From the NCBI RefSeq assembly GCF_006345805.1, contig NW_021823962.1:1-21100 (forward strand): a stretch of 21,100 bases of DNA. Direction: 5' to 3'. The notes under the pieces were generated by a model, which saw nothing but the letters and a program-made list of their open reading frames with translations, did no database searches and was not told the origin of the DNA. Position 1 is the first letter of the stretch; each line of letters starts with the position of its first letter. The DNA is from Octopus sinensis (Eukaryota). Positions 10,806 to 20,878 of this stretch are shown here, in pieces. The position numbers and the translations under genes are program-made.

Positions 10806-10906
10806 TCTTTTATACGATGCATCGTTTCGGTGTCTTTAATGATAGACCAGCTTAATTAAATTAAATTAAGCTAGTCTACCATAGGTCACACTTCATCAGT
10901 AAAAGA
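10806..10906 (-). ncRNA. Type I hammerhead ribozyme with extended helix II (array copy)
   Basis: UCUUUUA-CUGAUGA-A-GUGU-gaccu-[19-bp stem, 6-nt loop]-uaaag-ACAC-C-GAAA-CGAUGCAUCG-UA-UAAAAGA. Predicted cleavage between 10813 and 10812. Confidence 0.88.
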
Positions 10907-11278
10907 AACCTGGGAGAGACGGATATACACGAGGCTACTGTATCAATGCCTCGGGAATATCTGTCTTAAAATTTTCAAGACCAACGCATTCGCGCCAAAC
11001 TTATCGGCAGCAAATATAAACTGCCGATTCAATCTCAGAATTAGTCAGAAAATTATCAATAATCAATTTAGGGTAGCAAAAATTCAGTAAAAATTTATCG
11101 CTACCAGCGGCCTAATGGAAAAGAGAAAATAGTCAAAGACTAAATATGTATAAATATAACAATTTAGGAATGGCCTGAACAGGCCATTCGTCCACCAGAA
11201 AGAGCAGCCATAACTCCAACCGCCAAGTAGTGTAATTCGGAAATAAGGTGAAAATTTAAAAACATTTACCCTAGTTCA

Positions 11279-11379
11279 TCTTTTATACGATGCATCGTTT
11301 CGGTGTCTTTAATGATAGACCAGCTTAATTAAATTAAATTAAGCTAGTCTACCATAGGTCACACTTCATCAGTAAAAGA
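11279..11379 (-). ncRNA. Type I hammerhead ribozyme (array copy)
   Basis: Identical core and helices to the 10806-10906 copy. Confidence 0.88.
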
Positions 11380-11751
11380 AACCTGGGAGAGACGGATATA
11401 CACGAGGCTACTGTATCAATGCCTCGGGAATATCTGTCTTAAAATTTTCAAGACCAACGCATTCGCGCCAAAACTATCGGCAGCAAATATAAACTGCCGA
11501 TTCAATCTCAGAATTAGTCAGAAAATTATCAATTAATCAATTTAGGGTAGCAAAAAATTCAGTAAAAATTTATCGCTACCAGCGGCCTAATGAAAAGAGA
11601 AAATAGTCAAAGACTAAATATGTATAAATATAACAATTTAGGAATGGCCTGAACAGGCCATTCGTCCACCAGAAAGAGCAGCCATAACTCCACCGCCAAG
11701 TAGTGTAATTCGGAAATAAGGTGAAAATTTAAAAACATTTACCCTAATTCA

Positions 11752-11850
11752 TCTTTTATACGATGCATCGTTTCGGTGTCTTTAATGATAACCAGCTTAA
11801 TTAAATAAATTAAGCTAGTCTACCATAGGTCACACTTCATCAGTAAAATA
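11752..11850 (-). ncRNA. Type I hammerhead ribozyme (array copy with a helix I mismatch and two small helix II deletions)
   Basis: Core intact. taaaata replaces taaaaga on the plus strand. Confidence 0.75.
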
Positions 11851-12223
11851 AACCTGGGAGAGACGGATATACACGAGGCTACTGTATCAATGCCTCGGAA
11901 TATCTGTCTTAAAATTTTCAAGACCAACGCATTCGCGCCAAACTTATCGGCAGCAAATATAAACTGCCGATTCAATCTCAGAATTAGTCAGAAAATTATC
12001 AATTAATCAATTTAGGGTAGCAAAAATTCAGTAAAAATTTATCGCTACCAGCGCGGCCTAATGGAAAGAGAAAATAGTCAAAGACTAAATATGTATAAAT
12101 ATAACAATTTAGGAATGGCCTGAACAGGCCATTCGTCCACCAGAAAGAGCAGCCATAACTCCAACCGCCAAGTAGTGTAATTCGGAAATAAGGTGAAAAT
12201 TTAAAAACATTTACCCTAATTCA

Positions 12224-12324
12224 TCTTTTATACGATGCATCGTTTCGGTGTCTTTAATGATAAACCAGCTTAATTAAATTAAATTAAGCTAGTCTACCAT
12301 AGGTCACACTTCATCAGTAAAAGA
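12224..12324 (-). ncRNA. Type I hammerhead ribozyme (array copy)
   Basis: Core intact. One helix II G-C pair becomes G.U. Confidence 0.85.
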
Positions 12325-12695
12325 AACCTGGGAGAGACGGATATACACGAGGCTACTGTATCAATGCCTCGGGAATATCTGTCTTAAAATTTTCAAGACC
12401 AACGCATTCGCGCCAAACTTATCGGCAGCAATATAAACTGCCGATTCAATCTCAGATAGTAGTCAGAAAATTATCAATTAATCAATTTAGGGTAGCAAAA
12501 ATTCAGTAAAAATTTATCGCTACCAGCGGCCTAATGGAAAGAGAGAAATAGTCAAAGACTAAATATGTAAAATATAACAATTAGGAATGGCCTGAACAGG
12601 CCATTCGTCCACCAGAAAGAGCAGCCATAACTCCAACCGCCAAGTAGTGTAATTCGGAAATAAGGTGAAAATTTAAAAACATTTACCCTAATTCA

Positions 12696-12788
12696 TCTTT
12701 TATACGATGCATCGTTTCGGTGTCTTTAATGATAGACCAGCTTAATTAAATTAAATTAAGCTAGTCTACCATAGGTCACACTTCATCA
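12696..12788 (-). ncRNA. 5'-truncated hammerhead (lacks C3 and the 5' strand of helix I)
   Basis: Minus strand reads uugUGAUGA instead of uuaCUGAUGA. The array junction falls here. Confidence 0.75.
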
Positions 12789-12791
12789 CAA

Positions 12792-12875
12792 GAATTACAC
12801 TACTTGGCGGTTGGAGTTATGGCTGCTCTTTCTGGTGGACGAATGGCCTGCTCAGGCCATTCCTAATTGTTATAT
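12792..12875 (+). repeat. 84-bp inverted copy of the array unit capping the array
   Basis: Reverse complement of 12572-12655 with one mismatch (tgCtca vs tgTtca). Runs into (TA)n. Confidence 0.95.
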
Positions 12876-12893
12876 ATATATATATTTATATAT

Positions 12894-12956
<63 letters not shown>

Positions 12957-13040
12957 GTGTATATATGTGTGTATGTGTGTGTGTATATATGTATATATGT
13001 ATATATATGTATATATGTGTGTTTGCATGTGTATATGTAT
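12871..13040. repeat. (TA)n/(TG)n microsatellite
   Basis: Direct inspection. Confidence 0.95.
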
Positions 13041-13264
13041 ATACGTATGTGTGTATCCTAAAAGATATATTTCAATGTAAACCAATTCAAGTATTAGAAT
13101 TTCCAGGTCATGGACCTTTATGTACACCAAACAAACCTGAAGCCATGTAAAAACATGTTTTATTGATCATATTTAAATCTCGCGAGTTTCTTTACCACAA
13201 AGCCGCGTTTCCTTGCTGCCAACCGGTATCAGGGCATCGTTGCCATTCTAGGCATCGTGAATGA

Positions 13265-13302
<38 letters not shown>

Positions 13303-13401
13303 CTTTCGGTCAATAATAGGAAAAGATTTTGTTTCGAAGTTAGTTACAAGTGGAAATTGTCAATATTGTCGGTCTGTGTATAGACTATGACTTATGAGTA
13401 A

Positions 13402-13402
<1 letters not shown>

Positions 13403-13438
<36 letters not shown>

Positions 13439-13638
13439 ATACACACACACACACATACACACACATATATGATACATATATGTGTGTATGTGTGTATGTA
13501 TAATTACGTGCACATGCACACACACACATATATATATATACATACATGCATACATATGTATACATATTACAGTGTATGAGAGTGTATTTGTGTGTGTATA
13601 TACATGCATACACACACATACACATATATATATATAGG

Positions 13639-13672
<34 letters not shown>

Positions 13673-13768
13673 TTATAAAAAGATAAGCATAAATATATAT
13701 TTGTGTTGTATGTTTGTGCGTGTATTGATTTATATATGTGTATGTATGTATATATATATATATATTTA

Positions 13769-13801
<33 letters not shown>

Positions 13802-13915
13802 CGTGTGTGTGTGCATAGCTGTATATATATATGCGCGTATGTGTGTATATGTATGTGAGTTTGTGTATGTATATCTTTTGTGTGCATGTGCGCGTGTGCG
13901 CGCGCGCATGTGTGC
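13403..13915. repeat. Compound (CA)n/(TA)n/(TAGA)n/(TG)n microsatellite field
   Basis: Direct inspection. Confidence 0.9.
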
Positions 13916-14136
13916 AATTTACAAACGGAAATCAATGCTTAAAACGTGCACAACTCTACAGGAAATAAGTAAAACAGATGTAAACATTGCAAGCTCGAAG
14001 CAACGCTCGTAGAACAGAAGTCTGCTAAATTTAGCGCACCACAGGCTATATACAGGAATCACAAACAAGTGTGTACTTCGAAGTGACGACAGAAATATAC
14101 GTACATATCTATCGGTCAATATTGAATTTCTGACAA

Positions 14137-14304
14137 AGGCGACGAGCTGGCTGAGACGTTAGCACGCCGGGCGAAATTGCATAGCGGCTCTGAGTTCAAA
14201 TTCCACCGCAGTCGACTTTTCCTTTCATCTTTTTGGGGTCGATATAATCGACTGGTCCCTTCCCCCAAAATTTCAGGCCTGGTGCCTAGAGTAGAAAAGA
14301 ATAT
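14137..14304 (+). mobile_element. tRNA-derived SINE family B, internally deleted
   Basis: gagctggc...gttagcac head, gagttcaaattcc B-box-like motif, tail ccccaaaatttcaggcct...tagaaaagaatatt. The segment between the two ggggtcgat repeats is missing. Confidence 0.85.
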
Positions 14305-14383
14305 TGAGTTTCTGATGCTAACGTTTATAGAGTACATTTTGGAATTGTCTTCTATATGGAGGTAGAAATGTATGTCAGTATTA

Positions 14384-14894
14384 CCGTAAATCCTCGAATA
14401 TAATCAGCATTTTTCCCCCAAAATTTAAAGGTCAAAATCCCTATTGCGTACTATATATAATGTTAAAAATGAAAATTATTTTCTAAGCAATGTCCGAGTC
14501 TCTATTTGCTGTCCGGCAAATTCATTTTGTGATGACGGGCGCGAAAATACCTTAAGCTAAGCCTGAAAGCAACGAAGTCATAAAAGAATCATCCATAACT
14601 TGCAGTAAGCAACATTTATTAAAATAAAAGTATTCAGAACACAGAATAACGTGTAACAAAAACAATTTGCAAACATATTTACATTCCCATATAACAGTTA
14701 AGAACATTACCATTATTGTATTACGTATGCGCGGAAATGTTTGTTCGACTGGATGATGCTGGCTTAATTACGCACGACTCAAGTTAGAGAAGGGGTGCGT
14801 ATTATACACAAGTTTTAGGTTTTTCAGAGGCACAGCCACCTAAAAATCCCCTGCGTATTATACTCAAGGGCGGACTATATTTGAGGATTTACGG
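14384..14894. mobile_element. Tc1/mariner-superfamily (Tc2/pogo-like) MITE
   Basis: 25-bp TIRs CCGTAAATCCTCGAATATAATCAGC and the reverse complement of GCGGACTATATTTGAGGATTTACGG (3 mismatches). TA on both sides (14382-83, 14895-96). Subterminal TGCGTA(C/T)TATA repeats. Confidence 0.88.
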
Positions 14895-14910
14895 TACTGC
14901 GTCCTGAAAT

Positions 14911-15126
14911 GCGGGGAGCTGGCCGAATCGTTAGCACGCCGAGCAAACTGCATGGCGGCATTTCGTCCGTCCTTACGCTCTGTGTTCAAATTCCGCTGAG
15001 GTCGACTTTGTCTTTCATTATTGCTGCATCCATGAAATAAGTGCCAGTTGAGTATTGGGGTCGATGTAATCGCCTATCCCCCTCCCCCAAATTTCAGGCC
15101 TTGTGCCTATAATAGAAAAGAATATT
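14911..15126 (+). mobile_element. tRNA-derived SINE family B
   Basis: gagctggccgaatcgttagcacgcc head through the tagaaaagaatatt tail. Confidence 0.85.
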
Positions 15127-15304
15127 TATTTCTTTATTGCCCACGAGGGCAATAAATGCAAATAAAGGCAAAAATATAGGCAAGAAAAGCAAAAATAAAG
15201 GATGAAAGGCAAAGTCGATCTCGGCGGAATTTGAACTCTGAACGTAACGGCAGACGAAATACCGCTAAGCATTTTGCCCGGCGTGCTAACGTTTCTGCCA
15301 GCTT
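15127..15304 (-). mobile_element. SINE family B in reverse orientation with a 14-bp TSD
   Basis: Reverse complement of head and body. Flanked by TAGAAAAGAATATT at 15113-15126 and 15305-15318. Confidence 0.85.
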
Positions 15305-15333
15305 TAGAAAAGAATATTACTGCATCCTGAAAT

Positions 15334-15515
15334 GCGGAGAGCTGGCAGCATCGTTAGCACGCCGGGCGAACTGCTGAGCGGCATTTCGTTCGTCCTTCCG
15401 TTCTGAGTTCAAATTCCGTCGAGATCGACTTTGCCTTTTATCCTTTCGAGATCGATAAAATAAGCACCAATTGAGTATTCGGGTCGATGTAATCGACTCA
15501 CCCCCTACACCTAAA
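15334..15515 (+). mobile_element. tRNA-derived SINE family B, 3'-truncated
   Basis: gagctggcagcatcgttagcacgccgggcgaa...gagttcaaattcc...gggtcgatgtaatcgact. Confidence 0.85.
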
Positions 15516-16034
15516 TCTATACGGGATCTTGGTGGCAGGAGGATTAGGGGATGTGATGAAATATATACTCGAACGGTTGACACGGCTCTGAATGCTTGCA
15601 ACAACAAGAAAATTGCAGCAAAGATGTGTGATAGTGGCTGTCGGACGTGGCATGCAGACCACCATATAACTTGTTAGACATTTTTTCTTCTCTTCCGTTT
15701 TATTTTGACATGCGCATTACCTTTTTAATCTTCACTTCTGTATTACGAATCCAGTATGCAAATGTGCATTGCCTCTTCATACGTCTTTTTCCGGCCCCTA
15801 GTCAAAACTGTTTATATAGCACAACCATCTCACGAACCAGCGTTCGTGAGAAGCGTTTTGCGCTCCGGCGGTTGTGAAAACACAGACACTTCCGTTAATG
15901 GAACTCACGGACTGGGTGGTGATGTCAAAATAGATAATGAATTAAGTCCTACATCAGAGAACAGGAAGCACCACTCTGAAGTCCTTCTATAATATGTTTC
16001 CTTCCGCTTATTAGAATTCTATTTGCACGGTGTT

Positions 16035-16152
16035 GATTGGTCAACCGACTCGAGATTAAGGTTGAAGATACTGGCGCTAAACGCCGTGCACGTGGAATGA
16101 ACTCGTGATCACGTAGTTTTCGAAGCAAACATCATAACCATTCAGCGATGCC
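16035..16152 (-). mobile_element. Highly diverged SINE (family A-like) fragment
   Basis: gttgaagatac...tggaatgaactc...cgaagcaaac...aaccattcagcgatgcc is roughly collinear with the minus copy at 3508-3662. Confidence 0.4.
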
Positions 16153-16572
16153 CTGATATGTGCCCATGTTGTCCAGTCTTAACCAAGAATCGTATTTAGC
16201 GTGTCACTGTCTACGAATAATTAAGCAGATTTAGACAATGTCCTGATAAAGAATTCAGAAGAAAAACAAAAGAAAGGTAGAAAGACAGCTCCAGTCTTTT
16301 ATCTAATCCCATTATTAACCTATAATACAAGAAGAACCGGTATGAACAATTCTGAGAGATTACGGGCGATTCCTTTTTGTGGCGATAATCATGATGTTGT
16401 GTTTGTGGTTGCTGTGATTCTTGTTGTTGTTTGTCTGTCTTGTCTATTGCTTTTCAGACATTGAATATCACAAAACAACAACAACAATATGAATGGCTAC
16501 AATAACATCCATAACAACGACGATAGCAATAACGACAAACCCAATATAACGTTGTGCTATTGAGATAATCAG

Positions 16573-16847
<275 letters not shown>

Positions 16848-17066
16848 GAAAGCGCTGAGCTGGCTGAATCGTTAGCACACCAGGAGAAATGCTTATCGGT
16901 ATTTCGTCTGCCGCTACGTTCTGAGTTCAAATTCCGCCGAGATCGACTTTGCCTTTCGTCCTTTCGGGGTCGATAAATAAAGTACCATTGAAATACTGGA
17001 GTCGATGTAATCGACTAGGTCCCTCCCGACAAATCTGGGGCCTTGTGCCTCCAGTAGAAAGGACCA
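16848..17066 (+). mobile_element. tRNA-derived SINE family B, full length, followed by (ATT)n to about 17140
   Basis: Complete head, body with both gtcgat repeats, and tail ccttgtgcctccagtagaaagg. Confidence 0.88.
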
Positions 17067-17078
17067 TTATTATTATTA

Positions 17079-17129
<51 letters not shown>

Positions 17130-17144
17130 CATTATTATTCCTTC

Positions 17145-17497
17145 ATAACACAGTGTAGGTAGAAATGCACCGAAGTCTTTAGTCATCTGTCAAGTCACAA
17201 CAAGGACCTCAGACAGATAATACTTTATATTCCATACAGTTTTGCCACTACCACTTTCAATTCGGAGTACTTGGTGATATTTTCAATCTCTTTACTCGCA
17301 ACATTCACGTTATTTGTTATGGGTACATCAATGATCTGACAGTATTTGTCTCTCTTATTCAATACGACAATATGCGGCCGAGGTTGTTCGATTATACGAT
17401 CCGTCTGAAAATCATAGTCCCAGAGTATCGTTACTTTTCCATCTTCCTGCATTACTTTACTTGGTACATGCTCATACCAGTTCTCTGTTACTTCCTA
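17145..17497 (-). pseudogene. 3' fragment of an R4/Dong-type non-LTR retrotransposon (restriction-like endonuclease domain)
   Basis: Translation NWYEHVPSKVMQEDGKVTILWDYDFQTDRIIEQPRPHIVVLNKRDKYCQIIDV...KEIENITKYSELK matches the WYEH..ILWD..IQTD..RPDIVV..IID..KY..L signature of RLE LINEs. Catalytic PD is PH here. The 3' end abuts (AAT)n. Confidence 0.85.
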
Positions 17498-17637
17498 TTG
17501 GTGTTTACGGTATTTTGGTGTTTACGGTATAAAAACATATGACATATTAAGAAAAATCTCTAGATGTACAACCATCCAGATTTCTGAGTACCTTATTTTT
17601 CTAATATATAATACCTGTACATCACCTCCAAACCTTG

Positions 17638-17681
<44 letters not shown>

Positions 17682-17722
17682 ATTGACAGGGCAAGACTGC
17701 TAGGTAGTCGGCCGCATGCCAG

Positions 17723-17767
17723 GTGATTGGAAAGCAAGCTTCTTACCACACAGCCACGCCTATGCCT
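17723..17767 (-). mobile_element. SINE family A head fragment
   Basis: aagcaagcttcttaccacacagccacgcc. Confidence 0.65.
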
Positions 17768-17860
17768 TTCTATGTAATATTTAATCTAAAGCGCATAACA
17801 TATTTTTCTATAATGTATTTTCATTTCTTTTTTATTTCTGCGAGTTCCACGCCGTCTCCT

Positions 17861-17913
17861 AATGGTTGGGAGAATCAATGAAGTAGAGTCTACTTCATTG
17901 ATTCCTAACCATT
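17861..17913. repeat. Near-perfect 53-nt inverted repeat (hairpin)
   Basis: GAATCAATGAAGTAG-agt-CTACTTCATTGATTC perfect 15 bp, extended by AATGGTTGG/CTAACCATT. Confidence 0.9.
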
Positions 17914-18099
17914 TCTATGTCTGTGATTCTTGTAATTCTCTTATCACAGTTTCTTTACCAAATACAGTATTAGGGTTTCTTAATTAATTTTCTTTCTCAT
18001 TGAGGTTACCTTCACACACACCGCCACCGCCACTTAATCCGAAACTCATTATTACCAATATTACCATTGCTGTTGTAGTTGTTTATTGCTCTTGTTAAC

Positions 18100-18123
18100 A
18101 TCACCACCACCACCACCACCACC

Positions 18124-18155
<32 letters not shown>

Positions 18156-18246
18156 AATCATCATCATCATCACCATCATCACCATGATAATCATCATCAT
18201 CATCACCATCATCGCCATCGTGGTCATCATCATCGCCCATTGTTGC

Positions 18247-18303
<57 letters not shown>

Positions 18304-18396
18304 CATTATTATTATTATTATTATTGTTATTATTATTATTATCATTATTATTATATATTATTATCATTATTATTATATATTATTATTATTATTATT
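18100..18396. repeat. (CAC)n/(CAT)n/(ATT)n trinucleotide field
   Basis: Direct inspection. Confidence 0.95.
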
Positions 18397-18953
18397 GAGT
18401 GAGAGAGCAGTTCATGCCATCAAAGTGACACTGGGGTAAAATATACGAAGCCCAATATACCCATCATGACTACCCGTCTGATAAAGGTACACCAGGCACA
18501 TGCATCACAACCATATGTGCGCGACATGGTGATCTCATATCAAGATAAACAGCACATGACCTTGCAGGTGGGGCCCAGTTAGAATTTTCTTCAGGTTGAG
18601 TAGCCCATCCCGCTCAAACGGTCCCTGAATAAGGGTTGTTTAAGGATGTTGAAAGAACCACCCATGTCTCCAGAGGTGAACTATTCAAACCCCAAAGAAT
18701 CCCTCTCAACACATGGCTATGATGCTCCCCCACTACTTCTGCTCATGATCAGAGATGCACATATCGTCAGCCACTAAGGGACATGCTCAACTGGTTAAGG
18801 TCAAACAACTGACAAGCAAATCTGTGGTATTGAGCAGAATATTTGCTGTAGCCCATCTTTTATACCAAGACAAAACAATGTACATGATAACACTTCCAAT
18901 CAGTTAAGATCAGAAGCCATGAGAGCCACTGCCTGGTACTGCATCAGGGCATT
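18397..18953. mobile_element. ~557-bp non-coding interspersed element embedded in (ATT)n, unclassified
   Basis: Complex sequence with sharp boundaries between two (ATT)n tracts. No ORF, no TIR. I recall it as an abundant octopus repeat (unverified). Confidence 0.6.
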
Positions 18954-18976
18954 TATTATTATTATTATTATTATTA

Positions 18977-19040
<64 letters not shown>

Positions 19041-19048
19041 TACTATCA
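18954..19048. repeat. (ATT)n microsatellite
   Basis: Direct inspection. Confidence 0.95.
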
Positions 19049-19384
19049 CAATACTTATTCCGTCTTGTCTTCCACTTCGCGATTCTCACCAATTACCGAA
19101 GAGGAATCAGAGAGAATTAAAGCGGCTTTACTGAATTACCCTACTTCTGGCAGAAAATAAAGACAACACGCAAACAACAACAAAAACGAAACAAGAAGAA
19201 ATGTCAAAAGCAACAACATAAAAAGCGAAAAGCATAAAAAATCTCAATTTCACTTTTTTTCATCATTTTAAGTGTATTTTTACGTTTTTCTTTTTTGGTT
19301 TGTTGCTTGTGTTGTTTGTATACACCTGTATTTAGAACTGTTTTTTTTTTTGTTGTGTTTGTTTGCTTCCTGCTTCTGTCGCAG

Positions 19385-19444
19385 CTCTTACAAGAGTCAG
19401 ATATGGCTTTGAAGATTGTGGACAACATCCTCCAACGCCACTAA
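19385..19444 (+). CDS. Candidate terminal coding exon LLQESDMALKIVDNILQRH*, product unknown
   Basis: Long T/C-rich tract ending ttcctgcttctgtcgcAG| then a protein-like 19-codon frame. No partner exon identified. Confidence 0.3.
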   Translation, partial: LLQESDMALKIVDNILQRH

Positions 19445-19744
19445 TGCCAACACCAGCACCACCAACAACAACAACAACAGGAAAACCAACAAGCACCAAA
19501 ACAACCACGAAAATAACAACGAGAACAACGACAACAACAATCAGACAACAATATACAAGAATAACAACGATAACAACAACAACAACAACATCAAGCTGGT
19601 GATGACAAGATGGCGGACAGCCGAAATATACAGAAGATCTAATCTGGTCTGTGTCATAAATTGAAAATATGTGCGTGTATATATGTTTGCGGGATTATGT
19701 GTAGGCGTGTGTATGTATGTGTATGTGTATATGAGAGTATGTAT

Positions 19745-19885
19745 CTATTTGGTGTGTGTGTTTGAGTGTGTGTGTCTGTGTGTTGTGGGAATGGGGAGCG
19801 AGGTAAACGAGGAATAAACATCACAGAATCATTGGATTAATATAAATATAGTTATTTAGCTTTTGCGTGAATACTACATATATAT

Positions 19886-19940
<55 letters not shown>

Positions 19941-20045
19941 GTGTGTGTGTAAGTATGTTAATATGTTCATATATTTTATGATGTTTGGATTAATTCTCGT
20001 TGCAGATAAATAACACACATACATACACTAATATTTGGGTAGCTC

Positions 20046-20104
<59 letters not shown>

Positions 20105-20160
20105 GTGTGTGTGTGTGTGTGTTTGTGTATGTGTGTGTATGCATATATGTACTTATGTAT
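19745..20160. repeat. (TG)n/(TA)n microsatellite field with short unique interruptions
   Basis: Direct inspection. Confidence 0.85.
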
Positions 20161-20453
20161 GTATGTACGTTTGATATCAGATATTAACGACGGGAGCAGT
20201 ATTAGTATTGAATAGCAATGTCAATATCCTACTTAATGTGGTTGTAGTATATGAGCGCAGTAATACTGCAGTGTTCATCTAGAGAGACCATCTCATACAG
20301 ACGTTTAGCGCTTAAAAACATATCTGCGCAAGTATGTTTTTATGTATTTATATGTGCATGTATATTTATATATGTGTGTGAGCATTATTTATATGTACAT
20401 ATATACACACACACACATATATATATGTAAGTATGTATGAATGTATGTGGATA

Positions 20454-20842
20454 TCTCTCTCTATATAAACGGCAGTTTGTCTGTGCGTTTTCTGTGTGTC
20501 TGTTTTCTCGTACCCTCACTCTGACCACGGCTTTCAACCGATTCTGATGAAACTTGACACACACATAGCCCAATGTCATAATTCAAAACTAACGCAGCGA
20601 AAATTTTGAAAAGTCCCCCAGTTCTGAAAAAAATCGATAAATTCGATATGGGGTCGGATCGAGAATCAGAAATCCAAACCACAGACCGTCTAGGGGACGC
20701 AACTCCACCTTTTTTAACTCTCAAAAAAAATTTACCATCATTTTTTTTCCATTTTTTTTGCTATTTTTTGGCTATAACTCTCTAAAAATGCTTTATAGTT
20801 ATTTCCCTTACAAACCTGAGCAACGCCGGGCGATACTGCTAG
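20454..20842 (+). mobile_element. Non-autonomous Helitron
   Basis: A|TC...tatataaacggcag 5' end. 3' end cctgagcaacgccggg (imperfect GC hairpin)-cgatactg-CTAG|T. AT insertion site, no TSD. Confidence 0.78.
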
Positions 20843-20878
20843 TATATATATATATATATATATACATACACACACATC

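Larger units (their letters stand above)
10588..12788 (-). mobile_element. ~474-bp tandem array (4.6 copies) of a hammerhead-bearing, retrozyme-like non-autonomous retroelement
   Basis: CAATTTAGGGTAGC recurs at 10591, 11064, 11538, 12008 and 12483. Each unit carries a minus-strand hammerhead. No ORF. Flanked by (TA)n on both sides. Confidence 0.85.

Noticed and set aside
18585-18775. Minus-strand CTGACGA and CTGAAGA heptamers in the 557-bp element
   Set aside because: No correctly placed GAAA, helix III or helix I.
19050-19150. Protein-like frame TYSVLSSTSRFSPITEEESERIKAALLNYPTSGRK and a minus-strand acceptor
   Set aside because: No consistent acceptor-donor pair. The minus frames close within a few codons.
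20544-20600. CTGATGA in the Helitron
   Set aside because: No helices flank it and no core partner follows. It is part of the ordinary Helitron 5' region.
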